A DNA stretch of 64,000 nt, taken from contig CAYJPQ010000001.1 in the NCBI GenBank assembly GCA_964372085.1, positions 80,435 to 144,434 of the forward strand, read 5' to 3'. The position numbers and the translations under genes were made by a program. Shown here piece after piece: positions 37,121 through 46,182 of this stretch. The DNA comes from an uncultured Bifidobacteriaceae bacterium (GTDB lineage: Bacteria; Acidobacteriota; Vicinamibacteria; Vicinamibacterales; UBA2999). Position 1 is the stretch's first letter. The number at the start of each line of letters is the position of its first letter. The notes under the pieces were generated by a model. That model was not told where the DNA came from. It saw nothing but the letters and a program-made list of their open reading frames with translations, and made no database searches.

Positions 37121-39613
37121 TTGGGGATCGGCCGGGTCGCCGCAATCGAGGCCCGTGCGATTGTGGTGGAGTTCCCGCGCTCGGGCGCCACGCTCCGGCT
37201 GGCCGCCGGCGCGGATGTCCTGCTCCCCGTCGACCTGAGCCCGGGACGGCCGGTCCGCATCACGGCCACCCAGCAAGACACGACGATCACCGCACGCCTG
37301 CCGGACGGCACCCTGCGGCTCGCGAACGGGCGCTCGGCATCTCCCCACGAGCTGTGGCCGCTGGAACTCGAAGGCGCGCTCCTCGAACGCCTCGCCGCCG
37401 GGGAACTCGACGACGTCGAGGACTTCATCACGCGGATGAACATTCTGCACCTCCTGGGCATTCGCGAGGCCGACGGCCTGGGGTCGTTCCTGGGCGGGCG
37501 CGTCCGGCTGTTCCCGCACCAGCTTCACGTGGCGGAGCGGGCCACGGCCACCGATCCCGTGCGCTGGCTGCTCGCCGACGAGGTGGGCCTCGGCAAGACC
37601 ATCGAGGCCTCGCTCATCCTCAACAGGCTCGTCCACGCCGGCAAGGTCACGCGCTGCCTGGTGGTGGCGCCGGAGACCCTCACCGTGCAGTGGCTCGGCG
37701 AGCTGTGGCGGAAGTATCACCAGGTGTTCACCCTGCTCGACTCGGAGCGCCTCGGCGACGTGGCGCACGACTTCGGTGAAGGCTTCAACCCCTTCGAACT
37801 CCACCGCCGGTCGGTCGTCTCGCTCGAGATGCTGATGGCCCGCCCGCACCTCACCGAACAGGCCGTGCAGGCCGGCATCGACCTGCTCGTGGTGGACGAG
37901 GCGCAACGGCTCCGGCGGCCGCCCGGCCACCCCGGCGATGCGGCCTGGCGCGCCGTCGCGCCCATCGCGGGCCTGGGTCGCCACGTGCTGCTCCTGAGCG
38001 CCACGCCGCTCGAAGACGACGCGCACGGGTTCTTCCGGCTGCTGCAGTTGCTGCGCCCGAACGAGTTTCCAGAAGACACGAGCTTCGAGGCACGGCTCGC
38101 CCAAGGCACCCCCCTGCCCGCCTGCACCAGCTCGACCCGCCGGGCCGACATCGGCGGCTTGCCGCCGCGGGTGGGGATTCCGATTGAACTCGGCGACCCC
38201 AGGAGCGGGACGCTGCGAGCCGCCGTCGAGAAGGCGGTGCGATCCACGGTGGCGCCGCATGCGGTCGCGGCACGCGAGAAGATCGATCGCGTCCGCCGTG
38301 CGCTCGCGTCAGGCGCCGCGCTCGGCGCGGTGCTGGGCCCGGACGACGCGGATCTGCGGAAGCAGGCCGAGGCCATGGACGCCAGGGATGCCCGCGTCCA
38401 GTGGCTGGCCTCGCAGGCGCCCGCGTGGCGCAAGGCGGGAGAGAAGACCCTGGTCTTCGTGGCGCATCGCGAGACCCTCGAGATGCTCCGCACGGCCTTG
38501 AGCCAGCGGGCCCAGTTGGCCACCGGCGTCTTTCACGAGGACCTCTCGTCGGCGCGCCGCGACACCGAGGTGGCGCGGTTTCGCGAGTCGGACGGTCCCA
38601 GCCTGCTCGTGTCCACCGAGTGCGGCGGCGAGGGCCGCAACTTCGAGTTCTGCCGCCGCCTGATCCTGTTCGACCTGCCCTGGAAGCCGTCGGTGGTGGA
38701 ACAGCGCATCGGGCGGCTCGACCGGATTGGCCGCCGCATTCCCGTGGAGGTGGTCTACTTTCGCCCGCCCGGCGGGATTGGCCGCGATGTCGTGAGGCTC
38801 TTCGAGGCGCTGGGCCTGTTCCGCGAGCCGCTCGCGGGGCTCGAGCCGCAGCTCGCCCCCGTGGAGGGCGCGCTCGATGAGATCGCGCTCGACCCGGACG
38901 CCTCGCTCTCGGAGGCGCGCTTCGAGGCGCTCGTGGCCGAGGCCCAGGCGGCGCACACCCGCATCCGCGAAGCGGCGTACCAGCAGCTCCATCGCGACCC
39001 GTATCGCGCGGACATGGCCGACGGCATCCTCGCGCGGGTGCCCAAGGAGCTCGACGCGCTCAACGAGGAGGTGGTCGTCACGGCCTCCATCGGCCTGGGG
39101 TTCACCATTGCGCATCCGCCGGGCCACCGGGTGTTCTCGATCGAGCTCGGCAGCGGCTCCCGCGTGGAGGGCTTGCCCGGCGTTCCGGCGGGCGCGAGCT
39201 ACGTCGGCACCTTCGATCGCGAGGAGGCCGTGGAAAACGAGTTCATCGACTTCTTCGCTTCTGGGCACCCGCTCGTGGAGGGCCTCTTCGCCCACTACGA
39301 GGAGGGCTCGCTTGGCCGGGCCGTGCGGTTCGAGATGGCCATCGGTGGGGACACCGGCGAGGGGCTCGTGGCCCTCTACAAGGACGGGCCGGCCTTCGAG
39401 GTGATCGCGCTCGACTCCACCGGCGCCCCACGGCTGGACTGGGCGGCCGCGATCTGCCGGCGGCCGATCCTGGCGCGCCCCGTCACCGGCAAGGCGGCCC
39501 AGGATCCCGACTGGCGGAGCATGGTCCGCCTCCTCGGCGCCCAACTCGACCCCACCCGCCGCCTGCACGCGCTCGCCGCCATCGTCGTCAGGCCTACCGC
39601 CACGGCTCTGTAG
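37121..39613 (+). CDS. rapA: RNA polymerase-associated SNF2 ATPase RapA (HepA)
   Basis: 830 aa from TTG 37121. Colinear with E. coli RapA as remembered: ELGIGRV Tudor-like N-terminus, LFPHQL, LLADEVGLGKTIEA, VVDEAQRL, LLLSATP, EGRNFEF...LFDLPW.PSVVEQRIGRLDRIG, FDREEAV. The true start is probably upstream of 37121 (see findings). Confidence 0.92.
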   Translation: MGIGRVAAIEARAIVVEFPRSGATLRLAAGADVLLPVDLSPGRPVRITATQQDTTITARLPDGTLRLANGRSASPHELWPLELEGALLERLAAGELDDVEDFITRMNILHLLGIREADGLGSFLGGRVRLFPHQLHVAERATATDPVRWLLADEVGLGKTIEASLILNRLVHAGKVTRCLVVAPETLTVQWLGELWRKYHQVFTLLDSERLGDVAHDFGEGFNPFELHRRSVVSLEMLMARPHLTEQAVQAGIDLLVVDEAQRLRRPPGHPGDAAWRAVAPIAGLGRHVLLLSATPLEDDAHGFFRLLQLLRPNEFPEDTSFEARLAQGTPLPACTSSTRRADIGGLPPRVGIPIELGDPRSGTLRAAVEKAVRSTVAPHAVAAREKIDRVRRALASGAALGAVLGPDDADLRKQAEAMDARDARVQWLASQAPAWRKAGEKTLVFVAHRETLEMLRTALSQRAQLATGVFHEDLSSARRDTEVARFRESDGPSLLVSTECGGEGRNFEFCRRLILFDLPWKPSVVEQRIGRLDRIGRRIPVEVVYFRPPGGIGRDVVRLFEALGLFREPLAGLEPQLAPVEGALDEIALDPDASLSEARFEALVAEAQAAHTRIREAAYQQLHRDPYRADMADGILARVPKELDALNEEVVVTASIGLGFTIAHPPGHRVFSIELGSGSRVEGLPGVPAGASYVGTFDREEAVENEFIDFFASGHPLVEGLFAHYEEGSLGRAVRFEMAIGGDTGEGLVALYKDGPAFEVIALDSTGAPRLDWAAAICRRPILARPVTGKAAQDPDWRSMVRLLGAQLDPTRRLHALAAIVVRPTATAL

Positions 39614-39766
39614 CAGGAAATGCTACGGGATTCGGCCACTCCTGTCGCAGGATCTGCGATCCCCGAGATTCCTGATCCGCGATTTGCTCGGAAATGTGAC
39701 CGGCACGCGATTCGCACCATTCAGTGCGCCGCTGCCGATCGAATCCGGGGGAGAGGGGATGGTAGG

Positions 39767-40360
39767 ATGAGCCGCATGGCCGGGCATCAGCACACGGACG
39801 AGGCCCGCGCGTCCACGCGCAAGCTCACGTACGTAGACTTCCTTGAGTTCCCCGACGATGGGCAGCGGCACGAGCTCATCGATGGGGAGCACTACGTGAC
39901 GCCGTCGCCGTTCCTGAGGCACCAGGAGCTGTCAAGGAGACTGACCGTCGAGCTGGAACTGCACCTCCGCCAGCATGGGGGTGGGCGGGTGTTTTATGCC
40001 CCGCTCGATTGTGTCTTCACCGACTTCGACGTCGTCGAGCCCGACATCCTGCTGGTGACAGCGGACCAGTTCCACATCCTCACCGAGGAGCACATCCAGG
40101 GCGCGCCGGCATTGGTGGTGGAAATCCTCTCCAAGGGCACGAGGAAGGTGGACGAGACGATCAAGCGCGACCTGTACGATAGGGTCGGTGTCCGCGAGTA
40201 TTGGCTGGTGGACCCGGCGGGACAGCGGATCACCGTCTACGCGCGAAGCGGCGACCGCCTCGGTCGCCAGCAGCACCTGTCCGCCGAACGACACGATACG
40301 CTGACTACGACCCTGCTACCAGGGTTTGCGTTGTCGCTCTCGGACTACTTCTTGCCGTAG
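39767..40360 (+). CDS. Uma2 family (DUF820) restriction-endonuclease-fold protein
   Basis: Internal ATG 39767 preceded by GGTAGG. 197 aa. Motifs VVEPDILLV, VVEILSKGTRKVDETIKRDLYDRVGVREYWLVDP. Confidence 0.85.
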   Translation: MSRMAGHQHTDEARASTRKLTYVDFLEFPDDGQRHELIDGEHYVTPSPFLRHQELSRRLTVELELHLRQHGGGRVFYAPLDCVFTDFDVVEPDILLVTADQFHILTEEHIQGAPALVVEILSKGTRKVDETIKRDLYDRVGVREYWLVDPAGQRITVYARSGDRLGRQQHLSAERHDTLTTTLLPGFALSLSDYFLP

Positions 40361-40380
40361 CTGTGCGATGATGCACAGCC

Positions 40381-41370
40381 ATGACCGCTCACACCCTGAC
40401 CTCCCTTGCCGTCGCCGGCACCCTGGCGCTCGCCGCCCTGCCGGCGGCCGGCCAGACCATCACCTACGAGCCCACCGCGGGCGTGCCCACCTTCGCGGTG
40501 CGAGAGCCGGTGCTGCGCCTCACGCCGGGCACGACGGTGCAGACGCGCACCTTCTCGAAGCCGGGCGACTATTACGATCCGACCGTGGCGGGCCCCTGGC
40601 CGGGCGAGGTGGGACCGTTCCACATCGAGGGCGCGGCCCCTGGTGACACGCTGGTGGTGCGCGTGCTGCGGCTCAGGCCCAACCGCGACATCGCCATCTC
40701 CAACGTCACGCCGGGCGGCATCAGCGGGGTGGCGGCCGACAGCCGCACGCGGCTGCTGAACGAGCCGCTGCCGGCGCGCCGCTTCGTGTGGCAGCTCGAC
40801 CGGGCGCGCAACGTGGGCATCATCGACCTGCCCAACTCGGCGATCAAGAAGATGGAGATCCCGCTGCGGCCGATGCTGGGCCGCGTGGCCACGGCGCCGG
40901 CGGGCGAAGAGGAGTTCGGCGGCCTGTGGCCGGGCGACTTCGGCGGCAACATGGACGCCTCCGACGTCACCGAGGGCGCCACGGTGTACCTGCCGGTGTT
41001 CCACCCGGGCGGACAGTTCTACTTCGGCGACTTTCACGCCGCGCAGGGCGACGGCGAGATCGCCGGCTCGGGCCTCGAGTCGACGGCCGATGTCACCTTC
41101 CAGTTCGACGTCATCAAGGGCAGGCGCCTCCGCTGGCCGCGGCTCGAGAACGACGAGTACATCATGGTGCTGGGCAGCCAGCGGCCGCTGATCGACGCGC
41201 TGCGCATCGCCTACGTCGAGCTGATCGAGTGGATGGTGGCCGACTACGGCTTCGACAAGATGGAGGCGTACCAGGTGGCCTCGCAGGCGGGCGTGGTGCG
41301 CGTGGCCAACGTGGTGGACCCGCACTACACGGTGGTGGCGAAGTTTCCGAAGGCGCTGCTCAAGCGGTAG
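40381..41370 (+). CDS. acetamidase/formamidase family protein, secreted
   Basis: 329 aa with signal peptide. GGNMDASDVTEGATVYLPV and GDFHAAQGDGEIAGSGLE are typical FmdA/AmdA motifs. Confidence 0.88.
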   Translation: MTAHTLTSLAVAGTLALAALPAAGQTITYEPTAGVPTFAVREPVLRLTPGTTVQTRTFSKPGDYYDPTVAGPWPGEVGPFHIEGAAPGDTLVVRVLRLRPNRDIAISNVTPGGISGVAADSRTRLLNEPLPARRFVWQLDRARNVGIIDLPNSAIKKMEIPLRPMLGRVATAPAGEEEFGGLWPGDFGGNMDASDVTEGATVYLPVFHPGGQFYFGDFHAAQGDGEIAGSGLESTADVTFQFDVIKGRRLRWPRLENDEYIMVLGSQRPLIDALRIAYVELIEWMVADYGFDKMEAYQVASQAGVVRVANVVDPHYTVVAKFPKALLKR

Positions 41371-41381
41371 CCGCGCGCATT

Positions 41382-41414
41382 GTGATATCACATCTTTTCA
41401 TGAAGTGATATCAT
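41382..41414 (+). promoter_or_regulatory. two copies of a 10-bp palindrome (GTGATATCAC / GTGATATCAT); candidate operator of the RHH-MNT gene
   Basis: Copies at 41382-41391 and 41405-41414, 23 nt centre to centre. The second copy overlaps the ATG at 41413. This is an AT-rich island in a GC-rich context. Confidence 0.5.
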
Positions 41415-41997
41415 GCAGGCAATGGTTGCCGCCAGCCGCCGGACGCCGCCCGTGGCCCGGGTGCTGCTGCGCCTTCCGGCCGACCTCCACCGGTCGCTGA
41501 CCCGGGCCGCCGAGGCGGATGGGCTCTCGTTCAACGAGTTTTGCGTACGGCGTTTGCGCACGCCCGCCCAGCCGCAGCAGATGTCCGCGGCCCGGACCGC
41601 GGTGGTGCACCGCGCCCAGGCCGCCTTTGGCCCGCGCCTGCTCGGTGTGTTGGCGCTCGGCTCGTGGGCCCGCGGCGAGGCTGGGGCCGCCTCCGACATC
41701 GACGCGCTCATCGTGATCGATCCGAACACGCCGCTCACGCGCGACCTCTACCGAGCCTGGGATCGGGATCCCCTGGCCGTGGAGGGCCGCGTGGTCGACG
41801 CGCACTTCGCGCACCCGTCCCCGGCGGGAACCACGCCCGGTGCTGTGTGGTGCGAGGCCGCGGTGGACGGCCTGTTATGGTACGACCGGGACGGGCAGAT
41901 TCAGCAGCGCCTGGGGGAGATCCGCCGGGCGATCGCGGAGCGCCGCGTGGTGCGGAGCTTCGCGCACGGACAACCGTATTGGAAGGGAGCGGCGTGA
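41413..41997 (+). CDS. ribbon-helix-helix (HicB/Arc-like) domain fused to a minimal nucleotidyltransferase (MNT) domain
   Basis: 194 aa. N-terminal VLLRLPADLHRSLTRAAEADGLSFNEFCVRRL (RHH-type) followed by GSWARGEAGAASDIDALIV (GS-x9-D-x-D NTase motif). Confidence 0.85.
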   Translation: MQAMVAASRRTPPVARVLLRLPADLHRSLTRAAEADGLSFNEFCVRRLRTPAQPQQMSAARTAVVHRAQAAFGPRLLGVLALGSWARGEAGAASDIDALIVIDPNTPLTRDLYRAWDRDPLAVEGRVVDAHFAHPSPAGTTPGAVWCEAAVDGLLWYDRDGQIQQRLGEIRRAIAERRVVRSFAHGQPYWKGAA

Positions 41998-42521
41998 TGC
42001 ACAACCGGGAGTTGGCCGCCGACCACCTGCGCCGGGCCGGCGCCCGCCTTCGCGCGCTCGACGTGCTGCACGAGGCCGGCAGCTGGGCCGACGTCGTCCG
42101 CGAGTCGCAGGAAATTGTGGAGCTCACGTTGAAGGGACTGCTGCGCGCCTTTGGGGTGGACCCGCCGCGGATCCACGACGTGGCCGACGTGCTCATTGCC
42201 GAGCGCGAGCGCCTCCCGAAGGACTTGTGGCCACACCTCGATCGATTGGCCACCGTCTCGAGGACCCTGCGGCGCGATCGCGAGCTGGCGTTCTACGGCG
42301 CCGAAGACCTGACGCCCTCGTCGTTTTATCGCGAGGCCGACGCGGTGAGCGCGCGCGACAGCGCGCGCGACGTCGTGGGGGGGGGGGGGGGGCGCGGGGG
42401 CCCCCCCGCGGGGGGGGCGCCGCCGCCCCCCCCCCCCCCCCCCGCCGGCGGGTCACCGGGCGCGGGCTCTCGCCCGAGGTGCCCGCGCGGCGCGCCTCCG
42501 CCTCGTCACTGCACGCAGTAG
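41997..42521 (+). CDS. HEPN domain protein; genuine sequence ends about 42376 and the rest is read-through of a G/C low-complexity tract
   Basis: ATG 41997 overlaps the MNT stop (TGATG). The first 127 aa are HEPN-like (LRRDRELAFYG). From 42377 the frame reads GGGGGRGGPPAGGAPPPPPPPP..., so the natural C-terminus and stop are missing. Confidence 0.7.
   Translation: MHNRELAADHLRRAGARLRALDVLHEAGSWADVVRESQEIVELTLKGLLRAFGVDPPRIHDVADVLIAERERLPKDLWPHLDRLATVSRTLRRDRELAFYGAEDLTPSSFYREADAVSARDSARDVVGGGGGRGGPPAGGAPPPPPPPPAGGSPGAGSRPRCPRGAPPPRHCTQ
42377..42443. repeat. composite G/C homopolymer tract (junction 1)
   Basis: Counted by hand: G16-CGC-G5-C7-GC-G8-CGCCGCCG-C18. It shares GGGGGCGCGGGGG+C-run and G8-9-CGCC+C-run modules, in the same order and orientation, with 52352-52424. 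Confidence 0.9.
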
Positions 42522-43033
42522 AGCCCGCTGGCGTTGCCGACCTCTTCGCACGACCAGAACGTGGGGCAGTCGGTGAAGTCCATGCAGGTCTTCGAGCAGT
42601 AGCCGAACTGGGTGTCCGGCGCGAACAGGCAGGCGTCGTACATGCAATCGGCGTTGTCCTGACACTGGCTCCCGAGATCGTCGCCTCCGCCGCCGGTCGT
42701 CGTGGACGTGTTGCCTCCCGACGACGTCGAGCCGCCGGTGGTGCTGCCGCCGCACGAGCCCGGCGTCGGCGAGCAGGCCGAAGGATCGAAGTCGTTGAAG
42801 CACTGGTCGACGGCGCCCTGCGACGGGCAGGTGAAGTGCTCGTCGTTGAGGCAGCACTCGAAGCTCGACGAGCCGGAGCCGCTGGTGGAGCCGTTGCCCG
42901 AGCCGCTGCTCGAGCCGTTGCCCGAGCCGTTCGTGTTGTCGCCGCCCGCGCCGCCGCCGCCGCTCTCGCCGCCGCAGCCGATCACCACCGCGCAGATCCC
43001 GATCCCGACCAAGCCAACGAAACGCGTGAACAT
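42506..43033 (-). CDS. Cys-rich lipoprotein (uncharacterised)
   Basis: Internal ATG 43033 (MFTRFVGLVGIGICAVVIGCGG, lipobox VIGC), 175 aa. Gly/Ser/Asn linker followed by a Cys-rich module CQDNADCMYDAC...YCSKTCMDFTDCP...C. Confidence 0.7.
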   Translation of the reverse strand: MFTRFVGLVGIGICAVVIGCGGESGGGGAGGDNTNGSGNGSSSGSGNGSTSGSGSSSFECCLNDEHFTCPSQGAVDQCFNDFDPSACSPTPGSCGGSTTGGSTSSGGNTSTTTGGGGDDLGSQCQDNADCMYDACLFAPDTQFGYCSKTCMDFTDCPTFWSCEEVGNASGLYCVQ

Positions 43034-43208
43034 CGCTCTCTCCTCGTGGAAATGGAGGCACCCGCGCACCGCGCGCGCGTCCCTCGCTGGACCTCGCCGC
43101 GCGGCGCCCGTCGGGGGCTCTCCGCTCGGCTCATCGGTACGACGCGCCGGGGCGGGCGCTGTAACACGAATTTTTTGGTGAGCCGGAAACGTCCGCGCGT
43201 TCGCGTGC

Positions 43209-44039
43209 TTACCCGCGCGGCGTGTCCGCCTCGGGGGCGAGGAGCCGATCGAGGCTGACGTCGAGCTGGCTGAGGCAGAGGCGCGTCACGCTGGCGAGCT
43301 CGGCCTCGTCGAGCTGGAGGCGATCGCGGAGGAGGGCGCGGGTGCCGTCGAGCAGCTTCTGCCGCGTCTGCCCCAGCCAGCGCGCCACGCTCACCCGGTG
43401 GACGCCGTAGATCCCGGCCACCTCGTCGGCGGTGAGGCCGTCGGTGTAGACCAGGCGGAGCACGTTGCGATCCTTCGGGGAGAGACCGGTGAGCGCGTCG
43501 CGGAACGCCTGGCTGAACGGCTCGGCGTAGCGCGCGCGCACCTGGGCGAGCTCGGGATCGTCGTCCGCCGCGAGCTCGCCGAGCGCCGAGTCGCCGGCGT
43601 GGTCGTCGCGCGCCTGCTTGCGGTACTCGCTCAGCGCCTCGTGCACCGTGAGCGCCCTCAGCCAGGCGCGGATCGGCCCCTTGCCCGTGTAGGTCACGAT
43701 CCTCGGCTCGGCGCCCTCGGCGGCGACGAAGAGCTTGTGGCGGATGCGCTGGAGGATCTCGTCGTTCGCCGCGCCGCGGAGCCGCAGGCGCGCGAGCGCC
43801 CTCGGCGCCTCGAGCGCGAGCTCGGCCTCGAACGCCGCGAGCGCGGCCGGATCGCCCTCGGCGCAGCAGGCGGCGAGGTAGAGATCGGGCAGGTGGAGCG
43901 CGCCGGTCGCGGCGCCCGCCTCGAGGTGCGACGCCAGCCGTCGCGCGAAGCGCCCGTCGCCCCCGGCGAGGCCGGGCCGGGAGGCCCGGGCCGAGGCGAG
44001 CGCCTGGGCGATCATGCCCTGGGGACCGACATCGACCAC
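43209..44039 (-). CDS. ECF-type sigma-70 family factor with extended N-terminus (Myxococcales-type subfamily)
   Basis: 276 aa (GTG 44039; alternative ATG 44015). Region 2-like PIRAWLRALTVHEAL and region 4 LVYTDGLTADEVAGIYGVHRVSVARWL. The N-terminal LHLPDLYLAACCAEGDPAALAAFE is typical of the myxobacterial ECF group I recall as TIGR03001-like. Confidence 0.82.
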   Translation of the reverse strand: MVDVGPQGMIAQALASARASRPGLAGGDGRFARRLASHLEAGAATGALHLPDLYLAACCAEGDPAALAAFEAELALEAPRALARLRLRGAANDEILQRIRHKLFVAAEGAEPRIVTYTGKGPIRAWLRALTVHEALSEYRKQARDDHAGDSALGELAADDDPELAQVRARYAEPFSQAFRDALTGLSPKDRNVLRLVYTDGLTADEVAGIYGVHRVSVARWLGQTRQKLLDGTRALLRDRLQLDEAELASVTRLCLSQLDVSLDRLLAPEADTPRG

Positions 44040-44076
44040 GCGCTCACGCTAGCAACAAACGACTATCCTGGCCCGG

Positions 44077-45144
<1,068 letters not shown>

Positions 45145-45157
45145 CGGCGCGCCGCGG

Positions 45158-46168
45158 TCAGGGCGCGCGGACCACCCAGCCGAGGCCGCCGCCGTCGAGC
45201 GCGGGCCGCTCCGGATCCGGGCGCGTCGCGGCGTACGTGGTGACGGCGGCGCCCGCCACGACGACGGCCGCCGCGCCCCAGAACCACCAGCGCGTGAGCA
45301 GGCTGGGCTGGTGCGGTTTGAGCGGCGCCGAGAGATCGACGCGCTGCCCCGCCTTCAGCGTCGTCGAGACCTCGTAGGGATCGAAGCCCGGCTTGCGGAC
45401 GAGGACCCGGTGGGCGCCGGCGCCGCGCTCCACGGACACCGGCGCGATGCCGACGTCGAGCCCATCGACGGCGACGACGGCGTCGCGCTCGTTCGAGGAG
45501 ACGCGCAGCATGGCAGGGAGCCGCTCGACCGCGAGGCGCAGCGCTCGCCGCTCGCCGGGGCGGACCGTCTCGCGGTGGAGCGCGTCGGCGAAGCCCTCGC
45601 GGGCGATGAGGAACACGTGCGGCCCGGGATCGAGCACGAGCCGGAACACCGGCGCCGGCGGAGGCTTGCCCGGCCCCGCCGGGAGCGTTCCCGCGAGCAG
45701 CGTCGGCCGATCGCCGCCCTCGGTCGGCTCGAGCGGCTGGCCGTCGACGGTGATCGCCGCGTCGCCGGGCTCGAGCGTCACCTCGAGCGTGGCCACGATC
45801 CGGTCGATCTCGGCGATGAACCGCTCGGTGTCGGTCACCGTCGCCTCGGGGAGATCGGCGTCGGGCTTGCGCTCGGCGAGCGCGCGGCCGAACGTGCGGC
45901 GCGCGCGGACGTACTGGCCGAGCGCGCGCTCGCACACCCCCATGTTGTACGTGGTCCAGGCGTGCGGCCGGCGGCGAGCGGAGCGCTCGAAGGCGGCGAG
46001 CGCCGCGCCCCACTGCGCGTCCTTCGCGAGCTCGGCGCCGCGGGCGAAGTCGGCGCGGGCCTCGGCCACGCCGTCGGCGTCCTGCGCCGTCGCCGGCGGC
46101 GCGGCGGAGGCGAGCGCGACGGCGAGCGCCATCGCCGCGAAGGACCGCTCGACACGTGCGGGAGCCAC
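45158..46168 (-). CDS. PEGA domain protein with N-terminal TPR-like region and C-terminal TM anchor
   Basis: 336 aa from GTG 46168 (alternative ATG 46132), with signal peptide. PEGA-like modules (ITVDGQP..., VAVDGLDVGIAPV...VLVRKPGFDPYE) and the TM segment WWFWGAAAVVVAGAAV. Confidence 0.75.
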   Translation of the reverse strand: MAPARVERSFAAMALAVALASAAPPATAQDADGVAEARADFARGAELAKDAQWGAALAAFERSARRRPHAWTTYNMGVCERALGQYVRARRTFGRALAERKPDADLPEATVTDTERFIAEIDRIVATLEVTLEPGDAAITVDGQPLEPTEGGDRPTLLAGTLPAGPGKPPPAPVFRLVLDPGPHVFLIAREGFADALHRETVRPGERRALRLAVERLPAMLRVSSNERDAVVAVDGLDVGIAPVSVERGAGAHRVLVRKPGFDPYEVSTTLKAGQRVDLSAPLKPHQPSLLTRWWFWGAAAVVVAGAAVTTYAATRPDPERPALDGGGLGWVVRAP

Positions 46169-46182
46169 GCTCCGTGTGTCCC

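Noticed and set aside
39614-39766. A spacer upstream of the Uma2 gene with several GCGAT-containing short repeats (GATCTGCGATCC, GATCCGCGATTT, CACGCGATTCGC), considered as a regulatory array.
   Set aside because: The repeats are too short and irregular to distinguish from chance by eye.
42377-42521. Poly-Gly/poly-Pro C-terminal extension of the HEPN ORF and other ORFs crossing the G/C tracts (42193-42456(-), 52038-52505(-), 50040-52862(+)) read as real protein sequence.
   Set aside because: The amino-acid runs merely mirror the homopolymer DNA. The HEPN domain is already essentially complete before the tract. There is no coding periodicity inside the tracts.
43034-43208. An A/T run (GAATTTTTTGG at about 43158-43168) in the spacer between the ECF sigma gene and the lipoprotein gene, considered as an intrinsic terminator or an ECF-type promoter.
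   Set aside because: No convincing GC stem precedes the T-run on either strand. I could not find a GGAAC-N16-17-CGT-type ECF promoter. It is noticeable only because A/T runs are rare in this block.
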